Source: Heptranchias perlo
Taxonomy: Eukaryota
DNA length: 64,000 bases
Direction of reading: 5' to 3'
NCBI RefSeq assembly: GCF_035084215.1
Contig: NC_090370.1
Span: 5,270,001 to 5,334,000, forward strand
Position 1 is the stretch's first letter; every line of letters begins with the position of its first letter. The notes under the pieces were generated by a model. It had not been told where the DNA came from, did not search any database, and saw only the letters and a program-made list of their open reading frames with translations. Below, piece after piece: positions 1-11,660 of this stretch. The translations under genes were made by a program, and so were the position numbers.

Positions 1-2699
1 GCCTCTTGGTCTAAATCACTGTTGCACCTCACTGTGGTATTTTCAAAATGGCAGAAATTCTGGTAAAATGATTATTCCCATAATCCCATATCATTTGGGA
101 AAAACTGGGATGCAGCAGCAATAACAAAACTCATCCCAGACCATTTCCCCCCATAGACCCCTGAGGAAAAACAACAGAATGAGATCATCAGCCCAAAATA
201 TAGGTAGAGGGTTTAGACTCTCAGCCCCCTCAGTGACTCGGTCGGTAACAGTACTGCTTGGTATGGAACTGAGCAACACAGACGAGGAAAGTCCCTGGTT
301 CAATCCCTAGTCTACTGAAATAGATGGTGGTGGTGTTACTGTTGGCCTTGGTGTCGCTGGGCTAGAAAAGGGAGTTGCTTCAGTGAACTTTGTCTCCTGT
401 TCCATTGTAAAATCTTCCCCATCCATTCACTGGAGCCATGGCCCAAGGCACTAACCCACCCCGCACAGTACTAACTAAATCCATTTCACACTCTGGGCTT
501 GAGGTATTTTAAGAAGCAGAAAATGGATAAAACAATTGCATAGACTGAAAGGAAATGAATATAAATTTATATTTACAAACTTAAATCTTGTCCTGATGTA
601 AATTGGATTTAAATATTTCATGCTGATTAAAATTATGCCTATGAACAGTTTCCTTTCAATTTAGGGATGTTGCAAATTCTGGTTTCCTTGGCGACCTGCT
701 TCTGTGCTTCTCCCTTTTGGGAGACTGACTGGTTTTATTGGTGGCCTTATCTGTCCATCTTTGCCAAAATAATGGGCTTAAGTATGGCTTTGAATATTGT
801 CACCAAATTTTGAGTAGGGATGAGTTTGGTCTTTTTAACTGAGAGGGAGATTCATGGGATTTGAATTTGCCCTGTTTTAACTCTATGTAGAAAATTAAAA
901 ATATTTGTTGACTAAATTGTCTGTGTGTTGAAAAATTACAAGTTGGATCCAATAACACACACTTGGATGCCAGAAGAAATCTGGTCTGCATTTCCTGTGA
1001 GAGCCAGCAAAAGAGGAGGGGTATTGATCTCCTTTTCTAATGCTTCGGGCTGTGACGTTTCCTGCCAAGTTTCTAATTTAGACTTCAGTGTCCCATCATT
1101 AGTTGGACACTCCAGTCTGGAGACATCTTGAGGCATATCACTCTTCAGCTAAACTGCTAGGAGACATGTCTTGAGCCCTGCAGGCTTGGTACCAATAGAT
1201 AGCATTTTATTTTATTGTAGTTCACTATTACTAGAATAAAGGTCCTGGGATTTCACCACAATTGTTAATCTTTCAACAATTAAAACCGAAAATGCTGGAA
1301 TTATCCAGTAGGTCCATCACTTCCGTGATCGGTGGGCACCGCAAGAACTGGAGTGTCTTATAAACACCAGAAATAATATAATTTAGTTTTGTAAGTTTCA
1401 TTTTGTCTTGTTGGAAGTTTATGATTATGTTCTTTTAAATTAAAAATTTTAAATTGGTTTTCTGTTGATGACACATAGTGTAATCCTTATGGGTTTGTTT
1501 GAAAAAGGCAAGGAAGAAGTCAGTTTAAATGCTTCCACTTTTATTTCACTTTATTATTATATTTATTTAATAAAGTGCTTTTATTTTGGATTTTAAGCAG
1601 ATTTTTAAAAAAATCTACTCTTAACCTTTCAGTGTTGTGCACAGAACCTACATGCTGTTAGTATCTGCTGTGACAGCCCCTGCCAGCAAAGAAAAAGACC
1701 GAAAATGGGTAATTCAGAGATCCTGACCACTGTGCTTGTTGTATTTATTTAACAAGGTTGCAGTAGTACCTAACCCGTGAATCTTGCCCTGCCATAAGTG
1801 GGAGGAGATAGTGTAAATTTGTGACTGGGATTACAACCTCAAGATATCTATTGGATCTAAACCTAAATAGACTGGCAAAGCTGGGGGAGCTTAGTTGCTT
1901 GAGTACTGGACTTCGGGTGAAAAGGTCCTGGAATTAAATCCTGATAGTGCATTCAACCTTTTAATCCTGCTGAGATGGTTAAAATCGGTACCGTGTGTAC
2001 AGTGCTTGGGCACACTCAGTATCTATCCTTACATACTCCCGTTTGTTTGGAAACATGGATCAGCACTCCAGCCCATAGACATTTGTGTCTAGTGCAGACT
2101 GACTTTCATAGGTTAATTCTCTATCTTTCTCAATAGATTGATCATATTGGTACATTATTTTGAATTTCATTCATTAAAGCGTTATGTTTTTTTCACCCCA
2201 TGCACTAATAACGCAAGAAGCTTGTTCTCCATTCTTGCCACATATCACAGGCGTCACAAAGTAGGGAATCACTACACGCACAAACGCACAGGAATATTAA
2301 TATTAAAACCGATCCTCAAGCTTCATCATGGGAACCATTAACCTTAGTGTTATTCATTAAAGATAAAAGTCCCAAAATTCCACTTGATGAATTATGCTGG
2401 ATTTGCAGCAATAAGGCTGGATTTACACCTACCAATGCTGTGCAGAGCTGAATCTTCTAAAATGTGCTGAGTCAGCTCATTTAAATATCCATTGGTCGTT
2501 CTCTTGTGCAAAACGGGAGTACTGTGCTGGGGTGATTCGAAACCGGAGTACATCCTTTTAAAAAGCCAATTCTGGCTGAAGATTGCAGCAGCAAGCTGGG
2601 GTAGTAGCAGGTAAGTAGGAAAGTTGACTGACAGGTAGCTGCACTAGATGGTGCGTGTGATTTTTGTCCCACTTTTCAAGAATGTCTTCCCCTGGAGGA

Positions 2700-4740
2700 C
2701 CTGGCAAAGACAGCCAAAGAGTCACAAAAGAAGAGCATACAATTTCACTGAGACTGACCTCCAAATCCTCCTCAAGGAGATTCAGCAAAGGAGAGAGGTT
2801 ACTGGGTCTTCTATGAGAGCTGCAAAAAAAGCCTTGTGCCATGTGGAGGGAGATGGCATTTGCATTGAGTGCCAACTCTCATCCGAAGAACTGCAGACCA
2901 GTGCTGCAAGAAGTTGAATGACCTGACCAGGGTGGGCATGGTAACACACCAGCCACTCCCTTTTCTTCCTTGAGCACCAACACACTCAACCCTCAAAGTA
3001 ACAGCTGTACAACTAACCCTTCACAATGCACTCTGGTAAGGGGGATGCTAACGTGGGATCTTACAGTATATGTCACCATCTCCCCAAACAGCAATTACTT
3101 GCGTGCACAAGCATAAAACCCCTTCCTCTGCTTTAACGGGTTGATGCCGTCAGATCTCTCGCATCAGCTGTCCAATACCACCTAGGAGACAGCTCTCAAG
3201 TGCTAATCTTTGCCTCGTTCACGCAATCTTGCAGAAGAAACTTGCTCACAATGCCAATAAGAAGCAGGGCACTGGAGGGGGCATCCCCAACATTAAGGAG
3301 CTCACTCCCAACGAAAGGTAGGCCATCAAGCTGCTGGGAACGTGGTCTGCTTTGGCTGTAGGAGATGGCAAGGTCAGGACCAAAGTGCCTACACCAGATT
3401 AGTGGGTGCACATATGCAGTCACCGCAGCATCCCTGTGAAGCAGCACACAGCCACAATCTTCCACACCCTTCTCTGGCTCCTTAATCCTAGTGAGATTAT
3501 GTTCACTCATTCTTGTGGAATGTCTGAGGAACATCTCACCCCGGTGCAGGCTCTGAGGTCAATCTCCGAGGTCGTGCGGCAACTGACAGGTGTGACTCTC
3601 AACTCTACAACTCTCAATTGCGGCAACATCACGGAAGCTTTGTCTTTGTTGCAGCCACCAGTGAAGCAAGTGTCAGCTTCGCTGGAATCCAGAGCAGACT
3701 CCCAGCTAAAAAGTGACCAGGGACCAGTCATAGGAACAGGAGTAGGCCATTCAGCCCCTCGTGCCTGCTCCGCCATTTGATAAGATCATGGTTGATCTGT
3801 GATCTAGCTCCATATACCTGCCTTTGGCCCATATCCCTTAATACTTTTGGTTGCCAAAAAGCTATCTATCTCAGATTTAAATTTAGCAATTGAGCTAGTA
3901 TCAATTGCCGTTTGCGGAAGAGAGTTCCAAACTTCTACCACCCTTTGTGTGTAGAAATGTTTTCTAATCTCGCTCCTGAAAGGTCTGGTTCTAATTTTTA
4001 GACTGTGCCCCCTACTCCTAGAATCCCCAACCAGCAGAAATAGTTTCTCTCTATCCACCCTATCTGTTCCCCTTAATATCTTATAAACTTCGATCAGATC
4101 ACCCCTTAACCTTCGAAACTCTAGAGAATACAACCCCAATTTGTGTAATCTCTCCTCGTAACTTAACCCTTGAAGTCCGGGTATCATTCTAGTAAACCTA
4201 CGCTGCACTCCCTCCAAGGCCAATATGTCAGTGCCTCCATCACCACAGATGGCAGCACTGACGGAAGTAAGGGACAGATTAGATAGCACCCTGCATACTA
4301 GCTTCCAGAGCCTGGGGACCAACATGCAGGCTGCTGTCTCTCAGGGCTTTTAGGATCTGATAGCTGCCATTAGACCAGCCAGCCTGCTAATAAGTGAGGA
4401 CACAGATCCAGGGCCCAGTGGAATGGTGATGGCTGTAGGTGACCTGCCTGATGCTACCATCTCCCAGGAAAGCAGTACGTGACAAGCCTCCGACCTTCCC
4501 CCTCAGACCACCACTCCAGTAGTACATGGGAGTTGACACATAGCTGCCCAGGGAAAAGCTCCAGAGATGTAGCCAGCAGCAACTCTCCCAGGAGCAAGCT
4601 GCCATAAGAAGAGGGCTACCTCAATCCCATGAGCTTTCTGCAGCACAAGAGCAGCCAACTACATCTCGTGATACTGGCCCTTGGGGTTCCACCTAGAAAC
4701 ACTAGAATAGGAGAAAGAAAGGTATATTTAGACACCTCAG
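2700..4740 (+). mobile_element. Decayed PIF/Harbinger transposon Myb/SANT-like accessory gene relic, interrupted by a CR1 insertion (3725-4229)
   Basis: Fragments KRRAYNFTETDLQILLKEIQQRREV and, after a frameshift, RTADQCCKKLNDLTRVGM|gtaac (donor 2941), then ttgcag|KKLAHNANKKQGTGGGIPNIKELTPNER (from 3235). These match the RF..E...L..EV, RT..QC.KK.NDL and AHN...TGGG.P motifs of Harbinger Myb/SANT proteins. Stops and frameshifts present; right boundary approximate. Confidence 0.7.
3725..4229 (-). mobile_element. CR1 LINE 3' fragment (end of ORF2 plus 3' UTR)
   Basis: ORF 3804-4325 contains LEGVQRRFTRMIPGL...YEERL..LGLYSLEFRRLRGDLIEVYKI...FYTQRVVEVWNSLP, the typical CR1 ORF2 C-terminus. Confidence 0.92.
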
Positions 4741-5569
4741 GGAATCACAGTGTGAGAGTAGGATGGCTTCTGTTTAATTTGGAGTTTGTTGTATTAAAGG
4801 AGAATATGCACTTATGTCATGTTATATAATTCATGGAGATCAGAGTCATACACCGAGGGGTGCACTTATTTTGTGCGTACTTAATCGATCAGATGATTAT
4901 TATTGGCATGGTCATGTAGGGGAAAAAGTCTTCAAAAACTTTAATAACCAATGATTCCACATCATGAGACACAAAAAAAATTACATTTTATTTTAAAATC
5001 TAGATTATTTGCCTCTTAGAAATTTCTCTGCAGTTCGCAAAAAAATGGATTGTCTGATTCAAAAGTGGCAACACAGGGAAAGCAGTTGGAGTCATAGAGA
5101 GGCTCTTCAGAGTTGCAGCCAGAATGAGTATATCTGTTAATAATTCCCTGGTTAGGCTAAACCTCTTTAATCATAGAATTATAGAATCATACAGCACAGA
5201 AGGCGGCTATTCAGCCCATCATATCTGTGCCAGTTCTTTGAAAGATCTATCTAATTAGTCCCTAATACTGTTACGTACTGTTCCTCGATTAAGGCCAAAT
5301 TATTAATTTACTTTTGGCCTGTACAGCCTTGGATCTGACCTCTTTATTCCATTCCTATTGTGCTTCCATGCTTCCTGCTCCTCTCAGAGAGTACAGTGGC
5401 TGCTACAGGAAGAAGACATTTTCCTTCTTGTTGCAAATACTGTGGGGCAGATTTTCCTCTTCTAATGCTTGGTGCATTAAACTGTCAAGGTGCAGTGCAT
5501 AAGAGGAAAATTGGATGAGAAGGATCAGCCTTGTCTCAACTGTAGCACTTTTCCCCACTCCAGAGACAC

Positions 5570-5945
5570 CAATGCATAATCTAGGCTGACACTTCAGTGC
5601 AGTACTGAGGGAGTGCCGCACTGTCGGAGGTGCTGTCTTTTGGATGAGATGTTAAATTTAGCCCCCATCTACCCTCTCAGGTAGAAGATCCCATAACACT
5701 ATTTGAAGAGCAGGGAATTCTCCTAGTATGGCCAACATTCCTCCCTCAACCACCATCACTAAAACAGACTATCTGGTCCATTTATCTCATTGCTGTTTGT
5801 AGGACATACTATGGGCAAATTGCCTGCTGTGTTTCCCTGCATTACAACAATGATTACAATTCAAAAATGCTTCACTATCTGCTAAGCAATTTGAGTTATC
5901 CCGAGGCTGTGAAAGGTGCTATATGAATGAAAGTTCTTTCTTCTA
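5570..5945 (+). mobile_element. SINE of Deu-domain (SacSINE1-like) type with L2-like tail
   Basis: Core ctaggctgacacttcagtgcagtactgagggagtg...gtcttttggatgagatgttaaa and tail gtgaaaggtgctatat. The same sequence recurs at about 22030, 39345 and 42845. Confidence 0.7.
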
Positions 5946-6111
5946 TGTGTGTGTGTGTGGCTAATGCCTGTGGCACTGTCCCCAAAGGAGGTGGGATTCT
6001 ACTCTCTACCTTGCCTACATAACAACATTGACAGTACGTCAAAGTAATCCATTGTATGGGAAGTGCTTTGGGACTTCCTGAGAGACGTGATAAGATATTT
6101 TTTCTTTTTTT

Positions 6112-9075
6112 GTTACAGCACGGATAGAGGCCCTTCGGCCCATCGTGTCCGCGCCGGCCATCAGCCCTGTCTACTCTAATCCCATATTCCAGCATTTGGT
6201 CCGTAGCCTTGTATGCTATGGCATTTCAAGTGCTCATCCAAATGCTTCTTGAATGTTGTGAGGGTTCCTGCCTCCACAACCCTTTCAGGCAGTGAGTTCT
6301 AGACTCCAACCACCCTCTGGGTGAAAAAGTTCTTTCTCAAATCCCCTCTAAACCTCCCGCCTTTTACCTTGAATCTATGTCCCCTTGTTATAGAACCCTC
6401 AACGGAGGGAAAAAGCTCCTTAGTATCCATCCTATCTGTGCCCCTCATAATTTTGTACACCTCAATCATGTCCCCCCTCAGCCTCCTCTGCTCCAAGGAA
6501 AACAAACCCAATCTTCCCAGTCTCTCATCATAGCTGAAGCGCTCCAGCCCTGGTAACATCCTGGTGAATCTCCTCTGCACCCTCTCCAAAGCGATCACAT
6601 CCTTTCTGTCGTGCGGCGACCAGAACTGCACACAGTACTCCAGCTGTGGCCTAACCAGTGTTTTATACAGCTCCATCATAACCTCCTTGCTCTTATATTC
6701 TATGCCTCGGCTAATAAAGGCAAGTATCCCATATGCCTTCTTTACCACCTTATCTACCTGTTCCGCCGCCTTCAGGGATCTGTGAACTTGCACACCAAGA
6801 TCCCTCTGACCCTCTGTCTTGCCTAGGGTCTTCCCATTCATTGTGTATTCCCTTGCCTTGTTAGTCCCTCCAAAGTGCATCACCTTGCACTTTTCCGGGT
6901 TAAATTCCATTTGCCACTGTTCCGCCCATCTGACCAACCCATCTATATCGTCCTGCAGACTGAGGCTATCCTCCTCGCTATTTACCACCCTACCAATCTT
7001 TGTATCATCAGCGAACTTACTGATCATACCTTTTACATTCATATCCAAGTCATTAATGTAGACCACAAACAGCAAGGGACCCAGCACCGATCCCTGTGGT
7101 ACCCCACTGGCCACAGGCTTCCAGTCACAAAAACAACCTTCGACCATCACCCTCTGCCTTCTGCCACTAAGCCAGTTTTGTATCCAAAGTGCCAAGGCAC
7201 CCTGGATTCCATGGGCTCGTACCTTCTTGACCAGTCTCCTGTGGGGGACTTTATCGAAGGCCTTACTGAAATCCATGTATACCACATCCACTGCGTTACC
7301 CTCATCCACACGCCTAGTCACCCCCTCAAAAAATTCAATCAAATTAGTCAGACATGATCTTCCCTTGACAAAGCCATGTTGACTATTCCTGATTAATCCT
7401 TGCTTCTCCAAGTGGAGACTAATTTTGTCCTTCAGAATTTTTTCCAATAATTTTCCTACCACTGATGTTAGGCTCACTGGCCTGTAGTTCCCTGGTTTTT
7501 CCCTACTCCCCTTCTTGAATAATGGTATTACATTAGCGGTTCTCCAGTCCTCTGGCACATCCCCTGTGGCCAGAGAGGTTCTGAATATATGTGTCAGAGC
7601 CCCCGCAATCTCCTCCTTTGCCTCACACAGTAGCCTGGGATACATTTCGTCCGGGCCTGGGGATTTATCCATTTTTAGGCCTGCTAAAACCGCCAATACC
7701 TCCTCCCGCTCGATGTTAATATGTTCGAGTATATCACAGTCCCCCTGCCGTATTTCTATGTCTACATCGTCCTTCTCCATAGTGAAAACAGATGCAAAAA
7801 ATTCATTTAGAACCCCTCCTACATCTGCCGGCTCCACACACAGATTGCCATTTTTGTCCCTAATGGGCCCTATTTTTTCCCTAGTCATCCTCTTACCCTT
7901 AATATACTTATAAAACATCTTAGGATTTTCCTTTATTTTGCTCGCCAGTGTTATTTCATGGCCCCTCCTTGATCTCCTAATTTCTTTTTTAAGTATCCCC
8001 CTGCACTTTTTGTACTCCTCTAGGGCTTCCTCCATCTTTAGCCTTTTGTATCTGCCAAAAGCCCTCCTTTTTTTCCTAATCCATTCTCGTATATCCCCTG
8101 ACATCCAAGGTTCCCTGGAGTTCTTGGAACCACCCTTGACCTTTACGGGAACATGTTGCCATTGTATGGTCCCAATCTCCCTTCTGAAAGACTCCCATTG
8201 CTCCGATGCGGATTTTCCTACAAGCAGCTGATCCCAGTCCATTTTGGCCAGATCCTGCCTTATCCTATTAAAATCAGCCTTCCCCCAATTTAGAACCTTT
8301 ATTTCCGGCCCCTCCCTGTCCTTTTCCATGACCACCTTAAATCTCACCGAATTATGGTCACTCTCACCAAAGTGCTCACCTACTAGCACTTCTTCCACTT
8401 GGCCAGCCACATTCCCTAGAATTAGGTCCAGTACCGCCCCCTCTCTTGTAGGACTTTCTACATGCTGGCTCAAAAAGCTCTCCTGGATGCACGTTAAGAA
8501 TTTTGTACCCTCTAAGCCTTTTACACTCTGAGTATCCCAGTTAATATTGGGGAAGTTGAAATCCCCCACTATTATTACCCTATTATTTGCACAATTTTCT
8601 GAGATTTGCCTACATATCTGTTCCTCTATCTCCCCCTGACTGTTTGGGGGTCTATAGTACACTCCCATCAAAGTGCTTGCCCCCTTTTTGTTTTTAAGCT
8701 CCACCCATATGGCCTCATTTGAGGAACCTGCTAATATATCATCCCTCCTTATGGCAGTAATTGATTCTTTAATTAATATTGCGACCCCCCCTCCTCTTAT
8801 ACCTCCCCCTCTGTCTCGCCTGAAGATTCTGTACCCCGGAATATTGAGCTGCCAGTCTTGCCCCTCCCTCAACCATGTCTCTGCGACAGCAACAATATCA
8901 TACTCCCATGTGTTTATCAACACCTTCAGTTCATCCACCTTATTTGCAAGACTCCTTGCATTAAAATAGAGGCCATCCAGCCTTGCTCTTACATATTTGC
9001 CCTGTCTTCCAAGCTGACTTGTTTTTTTCTCTATATTTGGCTGCACATCACCCCCTATTGTAGCTCCACTCTGTA
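6112..9075 (-). mobile_element. Young 5'-truncated CR1 LINE with nearly intact ORF2 (APE endonuclease plus reverse transcriptase)
   Basis: 915-aa open frame 9046-6299 with endonuclease motifs (YFNARSL, ETWL, GDFNFP, SDH) and RT motifs (PGNYRPVSLTS, QHGF, DFSKAFDKV, GVPQGSVLGP, FADD). A TAG at 6301-6299 replaces the expected W in RVVGVWNSLP; the frame resumes to a natural stop at 6178-6176. Confidence 0.96.
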
Positions 9076-9199
9076 ACTCGTATTAATTGCACCATAGAAA
9101 AATGCAATGCTTATATTTCAGAGTTGTCGAAGTTAACTCTGTCTGACCTCAATGTTTGTATCACCTGATGTCAAGAGGAAGCAATAAGCCTGCACAACA

Positions 9200-9460
9200 A
9201 CCAACCTTGATATCGGAAGTCCCGCCTTCACAGCCTGTCTCCTTTGATTAATTCACTAATAATGGCAATCCTTCCCTAAAAGCATTTTGCCAGTGGTCGG
9301 CGCGCCTGTCAATCGCGTACCCTTTCCACTTCTATTGGCTATCAATGCAGCTGCGCCCGCCTTTTTCTTTCGTGATTGGTGAATACAGCTGTCAATAGCA
9401 AATGTCAGCTTTTTATTGAGTCACGGAGCTATCAATCAGCTCACACGGACGCCTGTGGTC
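9200..9460 (+). promoter_or_regulatory. RAB5B promoter (CpG-enriched, TATA-less)
   Basis: Local CpG enrichment, ETS-type CGGAAGT (~9214), inverted CCAAT boxes ATTGG (~9335, ~9375), TGAGTCA (~9417), further GC/CCAAT boxes at ~9685 and ~10220. Lies directly upstream of a splice donor at 9532/9533. Confidence 0.65.
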
Positions 9461-9532
9461 CAGGTTTGGTCGAGTCTCAGTTCTTGCGACACAATTAAAA
9501 AAAAAATCTGCGAAGTTGAAGGAGTCGTTGAG
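9440..9532 (+). other. RAB5B: Probable non-coding exon 1 of RAB5B (start approximate)
   Basis: Donor GAG|gtaaat at 9532/9533 downstream of the promoter motifs. Vertebrate RAB5 genes have a non-coding first exon. Confidence 0.6.
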
Positions 9533-11039
9533 GTAAATTTGTTTTCACTGCTTTTAGTCTTAAATATTTTTGAACGACCCATTCTTATTCGAATATAGAC
9601 TTGAATTTACCCAGATTTTCCGAGAATAAGGGCCTGTTTTACAGAAAATTTGCTGTTTGTTGTGCTGGTTGTAGGTGGGGGGCGATTGGGCGGGCAGAAG
9701 CAAAATTAGATATTTTAGTATGTTTCTTTCCGAAGATGGAAAAAAGACCCTTTTAAACGTGTGCCAGTGTCTGGGGATTTCTAGGAGGGTTGGGTTGAAG
9801 TTGTTTTAGAGCGAAGCTTGACCCTTGGGCCTTGACCGCTTCTTTTGTTGGGATAAAAATGAGTACTATGATGGACATTGACGGTGACATTGGTAACTCA
9901 CGCCAATTAAACTAACAGAAAAACAAATCCTGTGACTTATGTGCAGTGAAACATCCGTATTTTTTTTGTGTGTGGGGGACAAAGCCTTGGGCGTGATGTC
10001 ACTAATCCTCCCCTGTCTAACATCAATCAGGCGGTCCAAGAAAATTTAGATTAAATTCAGTTTGTACTTTTTTTTGTATGTTGACGTTTTTGTGCAATAT
10101 GCACTGTACTTAATTTTGTATGCTAAAAGTATTGTCAGGTGTAGGCCCAAACTCTGCTGATTCGTATTTGCCAATTTATAAAATCCACAAAGGTGGGGTA
10201 AAAGGCTTTTTTTCTTTTCCCCGCCCCTTAGTTGTTGCTCGTACTTCCACTGTCTACACCCTGTTAATTTGACTGATAAACCAGGTACAATCAAACCATA
10301 TAAAAGACATACACGCTGTACCCTTGGTTGTTGCTTTTTGCTGAAGAAAAGTACAGATTGCTCCTATTTTGCTGGGAGGGAAACTTAATTATTCAATAGG
10401 TTGAATTAAGAATTTAATGAAACAGTACTGGAGGAGTCTCTTGCATTAATTTAAGTTGAATTAAACAATGAAGAGGTGTAGATTGTGTGCTACCACTGCA
10501 GTTGCATTCTGTTTTACTTTCAAATCTTTGGACTCTAGTACAAGATTTCCTTCTAACTGGCTTATAGTCTTGACTTTTGGAAATACTTGGGTGTAATCAG
10601 TAAAGTGCCCTTTTGCTCATTGGTTTATCCCTCAACCAACACCACTAAAACAGATCATCTGGCCATTTATCTCATTGCTGTTAATGGGGCCTTGCTGTGT
10701 GCCTATTGGGAGTTGTTCCCTGCAGTCCAATGGTGACTACATTTGAAAAGTACTTCATTGGCTGTGAAGTGCTTTAGAATGTTCTGGAGTTGTGAAAGGT
10801 GCTATGTAGCTTCATTTTTACTTAAAGTATAGCTGAACTTGAGACTAAGCCCATAACTGTTCCTTTCCAAATTTATATTTAAATATATATCCTGTTTGGG
10901 ATTTGTCTTTCACTTGGAAACCTGTTGGATACTGATTTTAGTATGGGAGCAAACACTGATGAAATGATTTGAGTGTTATGGAATGGGGTGACTTTCCTGG
11001 GAAATGATAAAAATTTATATAAATGACCTTCAAGAGTTC

Positions 11040-11660
11040 AATAGAAAGTGGTCCAATTTGTAGATATCAAACTGAGGGGACAGTGGATTCAGAGGGTGCA
11101 ACTGATTACAAAATGGGTTAGATAGACTGTGTAGGTGGGCAGGATAATTGCACATTACATTTCAAATCCTAATTAGAAGGACTGAGAAGCGACACACACC
11201 ATGAATGGTAACTTGGTGATTGTGTCCAAATCCATGCAGAGCAGCAATCAATGTTGCCAATGTTCAACTACATAGGCAAGCCAGAAGTCATGGTTCTCTA
11301 GTCAGACCACATTGAGTACTGTCCAGTTCTGCTTTGGCGAGACATTCAAGTGCTGTAAATAGTACAGAGAGGAGCCATAAGGCTGATCTGTTGCCTTGGA
11401 AGTCTAAATGAGGAAAGACTAGGGGAAAATTGGGCTTTTCAGCTTTGAAATCTATCTTGGCGATAGATCAAATTCCTAAAAGACACATATTTTGGACTAG
11501 TAATTTTTCAGAGCTCAATATGTGGAATGAATTTCTGTATAGATTAGTGGAGGCAAAAACCCTAGAATCCTTTCCAAACCAATTTGATGTTGCACTAGGG
11601 GAGGGAAACATCAGGCTGTTTTGGGTGGATGAATGATAATGAGCTGAACGACCAACCTCT
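11040..11660 (+). mobile_element. Old degenerate CR1 fragment in RAB5B intron 1
   Basis: Remnants such as tttgtagatatcaaactg (FADD region) and gtcagaccacattgagtactgtccagttctg (VRPHLEYCVQF); many indels. Confidence 0.6.

Noticed and set aside
219-330. tRNA-like sequence (also at about 22030, 39660 and 63930)
   Set aside because: A/B-box-like heads of tRNA-derived SINEs; no complete cloverleaf.
800-1136. Minus-strand ORFs (MPQDVSRLECPTNDG...) as an exon of an upstream gene such as CDK2 or PMEL
   Set aside because: Short, closed by stops, no recognisable motif and no convincing splice pair.
6321-9076. Many + strand ORFs of 70-160 aa
   Set aside because: Antisense shadows of the CR1 ORF2.
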